Assembly: GCF_030144855.1 (NCBI RefSeq) | Contig: NC_082727.1 | Location: forward strand, 24,304,001 to 24,368,000 | Source: Hypanus sabinus | Taxonomy: Eukaryota | DNA length: 64,000 bases | Direction of reading: 5' to 3' | In this document: positions 37,131-49,949 of the stretch, piece after piece | Numbering within the stretch: the stretch's first letter is position 1 | Layout: each line of letters opens with the position of its first letter | Made by a program: the position numbers and the translations under genes | The notes under the pieces: generated by a model | The model's database searches: none | The model's input: the letters and a program-made list of their open reading frames with translations, nothing else | What the model was told of the DNA's origin: nothing

Positions 37131-37419
37131 TATGCTACTGCGCTGTTCAAGTAAAACAACTACATGGATTTAGTTAAATACATATAAAACTAATTGGAAA
37201 GCCAGCAGATCCTCTTATGAAATGTCATTGAAAATAAACCAGGTTAAATAACAAACATACAATAAATTATAGCTCACAGATAATTTTATATCTTTTTCAG
37301 TTACATTATTTATTGTATTTTAGGAAAATAATTAACACATGATGTCAGATTGCTGAGTTTGTGATCTATGTGCAGAGGCTTTGGTAAGGTGGCTGAGCAA
37401 CTATATGATAAGCAAGTTA

Positions 37420-37870
37420 ACAACAGAAAGCCTGCAGACACTGGAAATCCAAGCAATACACACAAAATGCTGGAGAAACTCAGGCCAGGCAGTGTCTATG
37501 GAAACGAGTAAAGTCGACATTTCAGGCCAAGACCCTTCAGCAGGACTAGAGAAAAAAGATGAGGAATTAGAGTGGGAGGTGGGGAGAAAGAAACACAAGG
37601 TCGTAGGTGAAACTGGGGGGTGAGGGGTGAAGTAAAGAGCAGGGAAGTTAATTGGTGAAAGAGATACAGGGCTGGAGAAGGGGGAATCTAGGAGGAGAGG
37701 AACAAAAGGCCATGGAAGAAAGAAAGAGAAGGACGAGCACCAGAGAGAGGCAATGGGCAGGTAAGGATAAGGTGAGAGATGGAAAAGGGGATAGGGAATG
37801 GCGGAGATAGGGGGTATAACCGGAAGTTAGAGAAATTGATGTTCATGCCATCAGGTTGGAGGCTACCCAA
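37420..37870 (-). mobile_element. Penelope-like element 3' end (GIY-YIG C-terminus plus terminal repeat)
   Basis: ENLTFCLGSLQPDGMNINFSNFR followed by a pyrimidine-rich trailer and a hammerhead-containing repeat. Confidence 0.8.
37512..37547 (-). ncRNA. Minimal type I hammerhead ribozyme relic (Penelope-associated), core mutated
   Basis: AGTC CTGCTGA AGGGTCTTGGCCT GAAAT GTC GACT: stem I AGTC/GACT, CUGANGA-like box, stem II, GAAA, GUC site. Confidence 0.65.
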
Positions 37871-37949
37871 ACAGAATGTAAGGTTTTCCACAAGGTAAAG
37901 CTTTTTCTCTTTTTTCACCCAAAAGAAAGTCAGGGTTGGTTGGTAATGA

Positions 37950-38370
37950 CTTTCAATGGTGCGGCATGCTCCTCGTGGGAAGTCAGGGAGAACACAAATG
38001 TCCCTGACAGCTGTTTGCAGGAAGTGTGTCCAGTTGCAGCTTTTCTCTGACCCCATGGATCAATATAAACAGCAGCTGGAATCCGTGAAGAGAACGCAGT
38101 ATAGGAGGCAGAAGGTGTTATAGAAGCTTCAGGGAGGTGGTCACTTTGCATCTTCAGCCAAAGAGTAGATGGGTGACTGCCAAAAGGGGCAGTTAGGCAG
38201 TGCATGTGCCCCTGTAGCTATTCCCCTCTCTAACATTATACAGTGTTGGATGCTTTTTAGGAGGAGGCTAGTCTCTCAGAGAAAAGTTAGTGGTACTAAG
38301 ACTGGCTCTCGTCTCCAGCAGGGGAGCACAAAGTCTAGTTGAGAAGAAGTGACAGGGAACTCAATAGGCA
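37950..38370 (+). mobile_element. Decayed CR1 ORF1 fragment
   Basis: ACSSWEVRENTNVPD...CRKCVQLQL resembles the CR1 ORF1 N-terminal Cys-rich region. Confidence 0.55.
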
Positions 38371-38662
38371 GGGAGGCTTGTAATTTTGCTCTCCTGAATC
38401 CAGAACTGTAGCTAACAGTCTTATACTGGCAACAGCAGGATAAATGTACTAGGTAAAGAAAAAGAATATAACCAGGCATCTGAAAGGGAGAGTTTCCCAC
38501 TGGGTGCTAATTGTAAAGATAAATGCTCTTAAATCAAATGCAACATTTTATGCAAATTTCCAAGGTGCAATTCTAGCAGGTGTAATTCCAACAGATAAAA
38601 ACTTATATTTTTAATCTTTAATATATTATATGGCCCAGCTGTAAAGAGGAGTTCAGACACAC

Positions 38663-38828
38663 CTTATTCTTTCTCTGTTGGGCATGATTGTCTCATTGTC
38701 TTTCTTCCAAAAGATGAAGGGAGGTGGCATGCCCATCACTCTGCAGTCCAATCGGACTGGATGGCCCTCTGCCACTCCTGTGTTCTGCAGTTTCTCAATA
38801 AACACTGGTGCCTTTGTGATTTCTTTTG
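38663..38828 (-). CDS. MYPN: Myopalladin coding exon (start of Ig5), 166 bp
   Basis: Acceptor ttttgcag|CA, donor ATAAG|gtgtgt. Phase 1 matches the previous exon. Translates AKEITKAPVFIEKLQNTGVAEGHPVRLDCRVMGMPPPFIFWKKDNETIMPNRERI. Confidence 0.93.
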
Positions 38829-39039
38829 CTGCAAAACCAAACCAAGCAAACAGAAACAAGAACAAACAAATATTTTATAAGTACACTGATATTCCATATT
38901 TTATATTATTTCTACTCGTACTGCTTTTGCTACAATGATAACTTTCACCTTGTGTGACCATCAGTCTTCCTGATGGGGTAATCATATGATTTGTTTTATT
39001 TTAATGTCATTTGGGGAGAATTCTGAGAAACAAAGTTGC

Positions 39040-39870
39040 AAGACTTTGCAAATGAGAAAAGACGAGATGGTGCCAGAGGGTGCTTTCTCCCACCCCAGTT
39101 TAAATTCTTCTTTCTAATGCCTCTTCTTTCTTTTTCTGGGGACCTGTTGGACTCTGCGATCTACAGCTGCACTCAAACTGTGGCACTTCACAGTGGTGGG
39201 TTCCCATTCTTGGAATTTGCCAATCAGCTGGGTTTCGATATCTCCAGGAGCAGCTTGAAGTCAGGTGCTTTCAGGGTATGGCTTAGTACGACCCTGTGGA
39301 CTCGATTTCTCAGCTGTGTCATGAACTGAAGTGTCGCAGGAAACTGGAACATTAAAACAGGGGCTGGAGGCCTCTGCAGTCAGGAGATCTCTCTCTCTCT
39401 CGACGGTGAGTGAGAGCTTGCTGTCGATTTTCAAGTTGGGGGAAACTTAAAATAAAAGTGGTGCTTCAGACAGTGACATTGAAATTGTGAGTGATTTGTC
39501 TCCCCTCTCACTGTAGAAGGACTGATACCTCTTCCTCCCTTATTAGTGAGAGAGAGTCTGTGACATGTCAAAAACGATAGCTTTTGCTGGACTGCAGATC
39601 GTAGTCTCTCATTAGCTTTGCTACTGCTTGCCTGGTAGATGGTGAGCACTGAAGCTTCCTGCTGGAATCAGTGGTGGGAGGGGGATGGGGGAGAGTTGAT
39701 GCTTTTGCTTCTGCTAGTGCAGGAGAGGGGTCTTTAGGATTCTTATGTTTTTTTCTGTCATTCAATCTTTGAGGTTATTCTTCTGTTTTGTGGATGTCTG
39801 TGGGGAGTAAAAATTTCAGGTTGTATGTTGTATGCATTCTCTGATATTAAATAGAACCATTGAACTGTTG
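39040..39870 (+). mobile_element. Unclassified retroposon family; related 3' ends at 55175-55520 (-) and 56785-57030 (-)
   Basis: Shared tail atttcagg.tgtat.ttgtat.catt.ctctga.attaaat in three copies. Confidence 0.65.
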
Positions 39871-40429
39871 AAAATACTTCAGTTTTTCTTCTTCTGAACC
39901 TATCAGCATCATAGGATAGCTATCAAAACAGACCAAGACAGCATGTTTCTCTTCAGAAGTCCCATCTTGACTAATCCCAAACTCTTTAATATTCCTCCTT
40001 ATCAAACTATTATTTTTACAAGGATTATTATTAACAATAGTTTGTAGCTGTACATTCAATGTTAAGTGTAATTTCCCCACCTGCTTTTGCAATATTCCTT
40101 CTCAAGCATTTCTGCTTTCATGTTCCTTCCCTTTCTTTGCATCCTTTTTTTCTTTCAACGGTGCTCTCCTCTTTCTTCTGAATAAAACAGTGCTCATTTT
40201 ATACCCAAAATTGTAAATATTATTGACACTGGAGTTCAGAATCGAAACTCACAGCCGAAGTGGGTTGGGATGGCTATGAAGTTCTCCTGATGAATTTATG
40301 AGCTGTGAATGTCATTGGCAATGTCAGCATTTATTTTCTACACCTGATTATGCCTCTGCTGAGGAGGTAGTCAAGTGTAAATCACATCAGTCATTTCAGG
40401 GGAACTGATATAAACCATGTATAGGCCAA

Positions 40430-40850
40430 AATTCAAAGTATATTTATCATCAAAGTATATGTATGTCACTATATACAACCCTGAGATTCATTTTCTTGTG
40501 GGCATACTCAAGAAATCCATAACAGAATAATAACAACAGGCAGTGCAAATAAAGAAAATAATAATAATAATTAATAAATAAGCAATAAATATTGAGAACT
40601 TGAGATGAAGAATCCTTCAAAGTGAGTCCATAAGTTGTGGGTATATTTCAGTGATGGGGCAAATGAAGTTGAATGAAATTATCCCCTCTGGTTCAAACCC
40701 TGATTGTTGAAGGGTAATAACTGTTCCTGAACCTGGTGGTGTGAGTCCTGAGGCTTCTGTACCTTCTTCCTGATGGCAACAGTGAGAAGAGAGAATGACC
40801 TAGCTTGTGGGGTTTCCTGATGATGAATGCTGCTTTCCTGTGACACCAGA
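40430..40850 (-). mobile_element. Rex1-like LINE 3' end
   Basis: RKAAFIIRKPH..GHSLFSLLPSGRRYRSLRTHTTRFRNSYYPSTIR. Confidence 0.85.
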
Positions 40851-40999
40851 TAAGAACGATAGATTTTCTTAAGGACATTAATGGACCAGATGGGTTTTTA
40901 CAACAATGCAGTAGTTTCATAGTTAACATAAAATAGTGATATAAAGTAGAAAAGTAGGAAGTTATATTGATCTGGAAGGATGCGAAGGTTCGGGGGACA

Positions 41000-41148
41000 A
41001 TAGATTCTGCAGATGCTCGAAATCTTGAACAACACACACAAAATGCTGGAGAACTCAGAAGGTCAATTTCTCAGCCTGAAACATACTATTTACCACTGTA
41101 GATGCTGCCTGACCTAAAGAGATCCTCCAGCATGTTGGCATTCTTGAA
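41000..41148. mobile_element. Inverted pair of Penelope terminal-repeat fragments
   Basis: atgctggagaactcagaaggtca ... tgacctaaagagatcctccagcat. Confidence 0.55.
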
Positions 41149-43894
41149 GTGGTACACACCCAATGCTAGTTGAGTCATATACATTATATCAGGAACCTTT
41201 GGAGAAGAGATGAAAATGTGCTTTATCCTCTTGTCCTTGGAAGCTTGCTACCATACTACCTCCTCCTGAGATCTCCATAATGAGTAAGGCCAGAGATTAA
41301 ACACTTACCGTTTACTATTACCAGCGCTTACATACTTGAGAGGGTAGCAAAATAAGACAGTTGCATTTTCCATGTGATACTGGAAGGGTGAGGCTCTCGG
41401 ACAGCCTTGATGTTCTCTCTTTCCTCTCTCTTCCTCTCACCCTCATGTGCTACTACAGTCTGGCACTCATGACCATTATGTCTTTTAAGGGCCAAAGTCT
41501 GTTGTAAATGCAGCATGGCAACCTATTAGCAGCTGAACGTTTTTGATTAGACTGCTCCTCTTGGGTCCTGTATAGCTAGTGATTGAAGAAGATAGCTTAA
41601 GGTATTTTAGGGGCACTTTCACACAGCTGTTTGGAGCCCATTTCCTTATGTTCTTTGACAAAACCTTCTTTTACAGCAACAACATTTTACAATAGCTAAA
41701 ATGATGAAATGCCTTTTATAAATAGATATCTGGGAGTTATTTTTTCACCCAAAGCACAGTAGTGTAAATTCGGATTACTTCGTCTGAAAGACTGTGGATG
41801 CAGGAACAAAGGAAAATTTCAAGGTTGTAATTAATAGATTACTTTAGGTAAGGATAACAATGGATATAAATCAAAGGTAAGTAAAAGAAGCTGAGATATA
41901 GATCAGCCAGAATTAGCACTGTCCCAATGGAATTACATGTCTGAAACGACACCATGCACCGGTGAGGAGAAATAACTGAAAAGAACAGCAGAAGAGAGGA
42001 ACCAAGAGGGGCAAACGCTGTACAATTTCACTGAGTTACTCAATATTGTGAGTAATCAGTCAATGCATTTCATACAATCCTTTGAGAATTTTCAGAGCTC
42101 TGTGAATGTAATGGTACTTCTATAATTTCCCTCCAAGCATACAAATTGTTTTCAGCACTAAGTTGCAGTTTTAGGAAATGAGCGGTAACAGAAGTAAATT
42201 GCAGGGGAGCCCACAAAGACAGCAGAGTATTTATGTGAATGTGAATGTGAGACCCCAAATCACCCTCACCACAGGCATTTCTGGATTATAGGAGGATGGG
42301 ACTGTCTTGAGAAGTTTTTTACTTAGACTTCAGCCTGTCTTCTACCACAAGCATTACATGCCATTGACAAAATATCTGACAAGATAAGACACTTCGCAGG
42401 CAATCCTTCAAGGGATTCCAAAATGAAGAAATTGGGGACTGGTAAAAAGAGCGAGCACAAAAACAGGAAAATCACTTAAACCAACAGACATTTAAAAAAA
42501 ATCATGGCAGGGTCACAAGTTCTCATGAGGTCCAACATCTTGCGACCATAACGCCTTCTCTTGGAAATGTACAAAAGAAACACAATTAAATTCAGATATA
42601 TGCCACACACTATTATGATACTGATCCATATATGTGGTAATAGCGAAATAAATTCACTTCAATTTCCACAGAATATTTGGTATTTTGAAGAGAGATATGT
42701 ATAAAGTTAACATAAAGATGTTAAAAAGAGAGGAATCAAGCTAGGATCATGGCTATAATGTGGCTTGTGATATAATGGTTCAAGGGCCGGTTTAAATGAA
42801 AAGCTCTGACAAAAAACAGACCACCAAGCTACAAACAGTGTTTTCTTGATTTCCTCTTTCAGCCCTACTGAAAGTAGGATCTCCTCTAAGAATGACAAAT
42901 GATAGTATTTAAGATATTTCGAGAAAATGTTGATCAGCTCACAGGTTGGCCTCATGAGATAGTGCAAAATGCTGCTTCAGTGTCACCATCATAATATAGG
43001 TAGAATGTATGATCTTCATTGTACTTTACCTCTACATTTGCCTAGAAATCTTGTCCTGCAAGGGGTCGCTGTCCAAGCTTAGTGCTTTACCTCCTGAGTG
43101 TCTAATGGCCACCAGCCGGTGTTTGAAGAGAAAGAAATGGGTGCAGATATCAAACGTTATCACTCTGAGATGGGAAATATTGTAAAGGTGGGGATAGAAG
43201 AAGGATCTATACTTGTTTCAACATTGCACAGGTGTGCTCAGCATCCTGGCTGAAAAATTTTTTCAGCATTTTTATTTTTGTCAGAAGAATGCTGACAGGA
43301 GTATATAACTAAGCTCTTGCTGTACTTTAAGGCCAGCAGTCTATGACAAACAACCATGTTAGTATCTCACAGCAACACCAACAGAAGGAAAGGCTCATAG
43401 AATGGAGGCACAGATAGAATGATTAGATTACTTTTCTATGATTGTGCATAGTTTATTTTTGAAATAAGTATTTTTTTTGACATTTTTATCTTTGTGCTAT
43501 CAGTAATAAGTGGTTGTTGATAGATAACAAGCCAGAAGCACAGGACTACTTTTGAAAGATGAAGTGCCATTAAGGTTCCTGATCTCTTCATTTTCTCATG
43601 GTCTAACCAGAAAAGGGCTGTCTTCACTTATCTTCACTTCCTCATTTAGTTCATTCACTTAGAACTCCTCTGAGTTTCTGCACTTTGGCCTCTTGAGTGA
43701 TGTGGGGAGGCAATACCTACTTTCTCATATCAACATTATAGTGTAGCATAAAGGGTCCTACTAAATATCTTGATACCCTAGTATTTCATGGCTTCTTCAG
43801 TGCAGACCAGGCATCAAAAACACTGCTTGAGTTTGCCAGTGTTATAATTTACCAAATGACAGGGCAACTGCAAGGGTAAGCCTGCTCTGCATAT

Positions 43895-45830
43895 GGAAAA
43901 TAAGAATCCAAAGCAGGAGAAGGCCATTTAATACCTTGTGCCTGCCTCATCGTGGTATGAGATCATGGCTACCTTTTACATTACATTTGTTTCCCTGTAC
44001 AAATTTCTTGATTTGTTTAGATATTAAGGAAGTTAATCATCATCATAAAAATACTCAGTGACAGAGCATCCACAGTATTCTTAGACAGAATACTGCAAAG
44101 ATTCACTAAACCCCAGGTGAAGAGATTTGCTCCATCCTGAATGGACATCCCTGATTTTGAGATTGATGTACAGCATCAAAATAGGCTGTCTGCCCAACTC
44201 ATCTGTGCCAACCTAGAAGCCCAACTAATCTAGTCCCACCTGCCTGCTTTTGGCTGTTTACCCTTCTAAAGCTTTCCAGGCATGTCACTGTCCAAATGCC
44301 TTATAGATGTAATTGTCATCTCTATCACATCCTCTAGCTGTTCATTCCATACACTCAGCATCCTCTGTGTGAAAAGTTGCCCCTCAGATCCCTTTGAAAA
44401 GTCCATGAAAAGTCCTTGGGAAGTTGGATTAAAGAACGTATGAGAGCATGCATCAAGAGCAGGAGTCAAGTAGGTCCACTCAAGGATAAAGGTGGGAATA
44501 CGTGCTTGGAGCCTGAGGATGTGTGTGAGGTCCTGAATACTTTACTTACCAAGTAAAATAGCATGGAGAATAGCAAGATCAGTGTTATTTATTTATTTGG
44601 AGCTACAGCGCTGAATAGGGCCTTATGAGTCTACAAACCATGCCACTGGCAACTTACTGATTTAACGCTAACCTAATCACAGGACAATTTACAACGACCA
44701 ATTAACCTACTAACTGGTATGTCTTTAGGGGGTGGTAGGAAACCCAGGCATTCCTTTGGGGAGGATGAACAAACTTCTTACTGAGGACACCGGGATTGAA
44801 CTCTAAATTCTAACGCCCCAGCTGTAATAGCTATGCTATCATGGTGCTCGATAATTTGCTCAGGCATTTCAACATAAATAAGGAAGTAGTGTTGTGTCTC
44901 TTAAAGAACATTAAGGTGAGTAATCCCCCCAGGATCTGATGGAATATGTCCAAGGTTATTGAGGGAGGCAAGAGATGAGATTATTGGGGCCTTGACCAAA
45001 ATTTGTCTGGCCTCCCTAGCTGCAAGCGAGTATCTGGGGGACTGGTGGGTAGCTAGAGGAGTTCCATTATTCGTGAAGGGAAATAGGATAATCCTGGAAA
45101 CTCTAGACCAGTGAATCTCATGTCAGTGTTAGGTAAATTACTGAAGATGGTTCTTAGGAATAGGATATTTGAACATCAGGAAATCCATGGCCTAACTAGG
45201 GACAATCAGCATGGCTTTGCCATGCCTTACTAACTTGATTTGAGTTTTTCAAGGAGGTGATAAAGGTGAATAATGAAGCTGTGGATATTGTCTACTTCAA
45301 ATTTACTATGGTGTTTTAACAAGGTCCTTCATTGGAGATTCATCCAGGAGATTAAGATGCATGGAATCTATGTTGATTTGCCAATTTAGATTCAGAATTG
45401 GCTTGTCCATAAAAAACAGAGGACAGTGGTCAATGGGACTTATTCTTGTAGGAGGACTGTGACTAGTGCATAGTAACTAAGTAGGTTAGTAGGCTTGCAG
45501 ATGATAGAAAGATCATGGATAGTGTAGAAACTTGCAAAGGATACAGTGTGATATAGATCAGTTGGAGACATGGCAGAGAAATGGCAGATTTAGATTAACC
45601 CAGCTAAATGTGAAGTGTTACACTTTGGAGATCAAATGTAAAGGAACACGGTACTTTTAACAGTGCTGATGTCCAGAGGGATCTTGTAGTCCAGGCCCAT
45701 AGCACTCTGAAAGTGGTTACATAGTCTGATAAATGGCAAAGAAGGCAAGACGGTATGTTTGCCTTTATTTATCAAGGAATTGAGTTCAAGAATTGGAAGA
45801 TTGCTGATTTATAAAATTCTAGTTACAACA
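43895..45830. mobile_element. CR1 fragments (- 43895-44400; + 44400-45830) with a V-SINE (-) at about 44585-44850
   Basis: CR1 RT remnants (gataatcctggaaactctagaccagtg, cagcatggctttg); SINE ggacaatttacaacgaccaattaacctac. Confidence 0.75.
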
Positions 45831-46114
45831 TAGAACCTGGAATAACACATGATATTCATGGCCCTTCAGTCCATGATGTGTCAACCTATTAACCTACTGT
45901 GGCGACCCATTTCCTGGCACATTCGAAACGGCTCACAATTAGATAGCCTACGGGGGTTTGCGAACACAGAGCTTTGGAGCCTCTGCGCCATGGGGGGCAG
46001 GTTGAGGGAGGCTTAAAAGTGAGGCTGAGGATTTTGAATAGAGTTTTTTCCTTCGACTGCAGTTACCGACTCCGTGTCGTAATTTTAGCGCTGCGTGTAG
46101 CACACCGCTACAAT

Positions 46115-46128
46115 TGGTGACCCCGACG
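46115..46128 (+). promoter_or_regulatory. Primer-binding site, tRNA-Trp
   Basis: TGGTGACCCCGACG equals the first 14 nt of the tRNA-Trp PBS TGGTGACCCCGACGTGAT. Confidence 0.88.
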
Positions 46129-46152
46129 GTCCAAACGATTTTTGGACCAGAA

Positions 46153-46842
46153 ATGACCGACGCCGCCTCTGTTCATGTGGTTTCGTTGAAACTGCCGGGT
46201 TTCTGGACACAGCGACCGAACCTATGGTTCCAGCAAGCCGAAGCCCAATTCCACGTTCGCCAGATCACCTCAGAAGACACCCGCTACTACTACGTGGTGA
46301 GCTCCCTCGACCAGGACACAGCGGCCCAGGTCGCGGAGTTCGTACAGTCGCCCCCGGCAGACGGCGAGTACACGGAATTCAAAGCCCTGCTCCTCAGGAC
46401 TTTCGGACTCTCACGGCGTGAGCGGGCTGCCCGTTTATTGCACCTGGATGGCTTGGGCGACAGACCTCCATCGGCTTTAATGAATGAGATGTTGTCTCTC
46501 GCCGACGGACACACACCCTGCCTCATGTTTGAGCAGGCATTCCTGGAGCAGCTGCCCGAGGACATACGCCTGCTGCTGTCCGACGCGGATTTCAGTGACC
46601 CCCGGAAGGTGGCAGCCTGGGCGGACATGCTGTGGAACGCCAAAAAGGTGAGCGGGGCATCCATCGCACAGATCTCCCAGCCACGCTCCCAGCAGCAAAC
46701 CAGTCCAGGCCCGGCCGCAGAGCCCGACAACCCCCGGCCCAATGAACACTGGTGCTTCTACCACCAACGGTGGGGCGCAGAAGCCCGCCGTTGTCGCCCG
46801 CCCTGCAAGTTCCCGGGAAACGCCAGGGCCAGCCGCCGCTGA
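46153..46842 (+). CDS. gag: Gypsy Gag
   Basis: [24 protein letters not shown]; [13 protein letters not shown]; [19 protein letters not shown] knuckle. Confidence 0.93.
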   Translation: MTDAASVHVVSLKLPGFWTQRPNLWFQQAEAQFHVRQITSEDTRYYYVVSSLDQDTAAQVAEFVQSPPADGEYTEFKALLLRTFGLSRRERAARLLHLDGLGDRPPSALMNEMLSLADGHTPCLMFEQAFLEQLPEDIRLLLSDADFSDPRKVAAWADMLWNAKKVSGASIAQISQPRSQQQTSPGPAAEPDNPRPNEHWCFYHQRWGAEARRCRPPCKFPGNARASRR

Positions 46843-46872
46843 TGGCTACGGCGGCTGGCCATCGGGATAGCC
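46815..46872 (+). promoter_or_regulatory. Programmed -1 ribosomal frameshift signal (GGGAAAC plus H-type pseudoknot)
   Basis: G GGA AAC in gag frame, 5-nt spacer, perfect 12-bp stem 46827-46838/46849-46860, loop GGCTA complementary to TAGCC 46868-46872. Confidence 0.85.
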
Positions 46873-49800
46873 TCCTGTATGTGGGGGATAGAAGGTCGGG
46901 ACGCCGGTTTTTGGTCGATACTGGTGCTGAGATCAGCGTTTTACCTCCGACGAGTTACGACACCCGCAGCAGGGCACCGGGTCCCCCCCTGAGGGCCGTG
47001 AATGGCAGCACAGTAAGGACCTATGGCACCCGTCAGGTGCAGCTACAGTTTGGCTCCAGCCAGTTCACGTGGGACTTTACACTGGCCGCCGTAGCCCAAC
47101 CGCTTCTGGGTGCGGATTTTTTGCGGGCTCACAGCCTACTGGTCGACCTGCCCAGGAAGAGACTGGTTCACGCCGAGACCTTTCAAACGTTCTCCCTGGG
47201 TGCAGCCCAGTTGCCAGCCCCTCACCTCGGCTCCATCACGCTGTCCGACAACGACTTCACCAGGGTCCTGACGGATTTCCCATTGGTTCTGGCACCGCAG
47301 TTCACAGCGGCCATGCCCCGACACGGCGTACAGCACCACATCCCGACCCAGGGACCACCCATCCACGCCCGCGCTCGGCAGCTTCCCCTGGACAAGCTCC
47401 GACTGGCGAAGGAGGAGTTCCAGAGGATGGAGGAATTAGGGATCATCGGGCGGTCCGACAGCCCATGGGCCTCCCCCCTGCACATGGTGCCCAAAGCGAC
47501 GGGAGGCTGGAGACCGTGCGGCGACTACCGCAGGCTGAACGAGGCTACCAAACCGGACCGCTACCCTGTGCCGCACATTCAGAACTTTGCAGCAAACCTG
47601 CATGGCGCACGGATCTTCTCCAAGGTAGACCTCGTCCGAGGGTACCATCAAATCCCGATGCATCCTGATGACGTCCCCAAAACGGCTCTCATCACCCCGT
47701 TTGGCCTTTTCGAGTTCCTCCGCATGCCGTTCGGCCTGAAGAATGCCGCACAGACGTTCCAGCGGTTAATGGACGCAGTAGGACGGGACCTGGACTTCGC
47801 GTTCATCTATTTGGACGACATCCTCATAGCCAGCAGTAGTCGTCAGGAGCATCTGTCCCACCTCTGTCAACTCTGCGCTCGACTGAGTGAGTACGGTCTT
47901 ACAATCAACCCCGCCAAATGCCAGTTCGGACTCGATACCATTGACTTCCTGGGCCACAGAATTACTAAAGATGGGGCAACCCCTCTGCCCACTAAGGTAG
48001 ATGCGGTCTGCCACTTTCCCAGACCCACCACGATCAAAGGCCTTCAGGAATTCGTAGGTATGGTCAATTTCTACCACCGCTTCCTCCCTTCAGCTGCCCG
48101 GATCATGCGCTCCCTGTTCGCCGTGATGTCGGGTCCGAGCAAGGACATTACCTGGGACGAGGAGTCCGCCGCCACTTTCGTTCAAATGAAGGAAGCTTTG
48201 GCGAACGCTGCAATGCTAGTACATCCCAGAATGGACGCCCCTACCGCCCTCACAGTGGACGCATCTAACACAGCAGTCGGTGGGGTGCTGGAGCAACTCA
48301 TTGCAGGTCGCTGGCAACCCCTGGCGTTTTTCAGCAAACACCTGCAGCCACCCGAGCTCAAGTACAGTGCTTTCAACCGGGAACTGTTGGCGCTCTACCT
48401 GGAAATACGGCATTTCAGGTACATCCTAGAAGGTCGGCCCTTCACCGCGTTCACGGACCACAAACTGCTTACCTTTGCGTTTACGAAAGCGTCCGACCCC
48501 TGGTCGTCCCACCAGCAACGCCACCTGTCCTACATCTCTGAATACACAACGGATGTCTGGCACGTCTCGGGTAAGGACAATGTCGTGGCGGATGCGCTCT
48601 CTCGCCCTACCGTTCATGCCCTTTCCCAAGGGGTAGACTTTGAGGCACTGGCAGAGGCACAGCAGGCAGATGAGGAGATTCCGAGTTACAGAACCGCAGT
48701 CTCCGGTTTGCAGCTCCAGGACCTCCCCGTAGGCCCGAGTGAGAGGACCCTACTCTGTGACTTCGCCACCGGCCAGCCCCGTCCCGTCGTCCCGACAGCC
48801 TGGCGGCGCCGTGTTTTCGACTCCATTCATAACTTGGCGCATCCCTCCATCCGGACGACTGTCCGGATGGTTTCCAGCAGGTTCGTTTGGCACGGACTCC
48901 GCAAGCAGGTCAGTGAATGGGCCAGAACGTGCATGCACTGCCAGACGGCCAAGGTGCAGCGGCACACCAAAGCCCCACCACAGCAGTTCCATCCCGCCCA
49001 CCGGTGTTTCGATCACATTCATGTGGATATCGTGGGCCCCCTGCCAGTGTCGCGTGGAGCGCGGCACCTCCTGACTATCATGGACCGGTTCACAAGATGT
49101 CCAGAGGCGGTCCCGCTCACCGACACCACCTCCGAATCTTGTGCCCGAGCCCTGATCACCACCCGGGTATCTCGCTTTGGTGTACCGGCCCACATTACCT
49201 CCGACAGAGGCGTCCAGTTCACCTCCAGCCTGTGGTCATCTATGGCCAGCCTTTTGGGGACTCAGCTGCACCACACAACTGCCTACCACCCACAGTCGAA
49301 CGGGCTAGTGGAGCGTTTCCACCGTCACCTGAAGTCGGCCCTCATGTCCCGCCTGCGAGGAGCCAACTGGGCGGACGAGCTTCCCTGGGTCCTACTCGGC
49401 ATCCACACAGCGCCCAAAGATGACCTGCACGCCTCGTCGGCCGAGTTGGTATACGGCGCGCCCCTGGTTGTCCCCGGGGAGTTCCTACCAGCCCCACGGG
49501 GGCAAGAGGAAGATCCTGCAGCAGTCCTGGGCAGACTACGCGAGAAGCTCGGTAACCTGGCCCCCATACCCACTTCACAGCACGGGCGGCACCCGACCTG
49601 CGTACCCAAAGACCTGCAGAACTGTAAGTTTGTGTTTGTACGAAGGGGCGGGCATCGGCCACCACTGCAGCGGCCATATGAGGGGCCGTTTATGGTGCTC
49701 CGGAACAACGGGTCCACGTTCGTGCTGGACGCTGGGGGGAAAGAGGAGGTTTTCACGGTGGACTGCCTCAAACCGGCCCATGTGGACCTGGCGCAACCGG

Positions 49801-49949
49801 TCGAGTTTCCGGCGCCTCGGCGCAGAGGCCGACCTCCCAAGCAGGTTCCGGCCCAGACTGTGGACATTGGGGGGTGTATCGCCGGTTCTGGGGGGGGGGG
49901 GTTATGTGGCGACCCATTTCCTGGCATACCCGAACCGGCTCACAACTAG
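46815..49949 (+). CDS. pol: Gypsy Pol (PR-RT-RH-IN) in the -1 frame, open into the 3' LTR
   Basis: [10 protein letters not shown]; [16 protein letters not shown]; VDAS, RELLA, TDHK; [30 protein letters not shown]; YEGPF. Confidence 0.95.
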   Translation, partial: GKRQGQPPLMATAAGHRDSLLYVGDRRSGRRFLVDTGAEISVLPPTSYDTRSRAPGPPLRAVNGSTVRTYGTRQVQLQFGSSQFTWDFTLAAVAQPLLGADFLRAHSLLVDLPRKRLVHAETFQTFSLGAAQLPAPHLGSITLSDNDFTRVLTDFPLVLAPQFTAAMPRHGVQHHIPTQGPPIHARARQLPLDKLRLAKEEFQRMEELGIIGRSDSPWASPLHMVPKATGGWRPCGDYRRLNEATKPDRYPVPHIQNFAANLHGARIFSKVDLVRGYHQIPMHPDDVPKTALITPFGLFEFLRMPFGLKNAAQTFQRLMDAVGRDLDFAFIYLDDILIASSSRQEHLSHLCQLCARLSEYGLTINPAKCQFGLDTIDFLGHRITKDGATPLPTKVDAVCHFPRPTTIKGLQEFVGMVNFYHRFLPSAARIMRSLFAVMSGPSKDITWDEESAATFVQMKEALANAAMLVHPRMDAPTALTVDASNTAVGGVLEQLIAGRWQPLAFFSKHLQPPELKYSAFNRELLALYLEIRHFRYILEGRPFTAFTDHKLLTFAFTKASDPWSSHQQRHLSYISEYTTDVWHVSGKDNVVADALSRPTVHALSQGVDFEALAEAQQADEEIPSYRTAVSGLQLQDLPVGPSERTLLCDFATGQPRPVVPTAWRRRVFDSIHNLAHPSIRTTVRMVSSRFVWHGLRKQVSEWARTCMHCQTAKVQRHTKAPPQQFHPAHRCFDHIHVDIVGPLPVSRGARHLLTIMDRFTRCPEAVPLTDTTSESCARALITTRVSRFGVPAHITSDRGVQFTSSLWSSMASLLGTQLHHTTAYHPQSNGLVERFHRHLKSALMSRLRGANWADELPWVLLGIHTAPKDDLHASSAELVYGAPLVVPGEFLPAPRGQEEDPAAVLGRLREKLGNLAPIPTSQHGRHPTCVPKDLQNCKFVFVRRGGHRPPLQRPYEGPFMVLRNNGSTFVLDAGGKEEVFTVDCLKPAHVDLAQPVEFPAPRRRGRPPKQVPAQTVDIGGCIAGSGGGGLCGDPFPGIPEPAHN

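Noticed and set aside
42030-42060. Hairpin actgagttactca-atattg-tgagtaatcagt as a miRNA
   Set aside because: A 12-bp stem is too short for a pre-miRNA and is plausible by chance.
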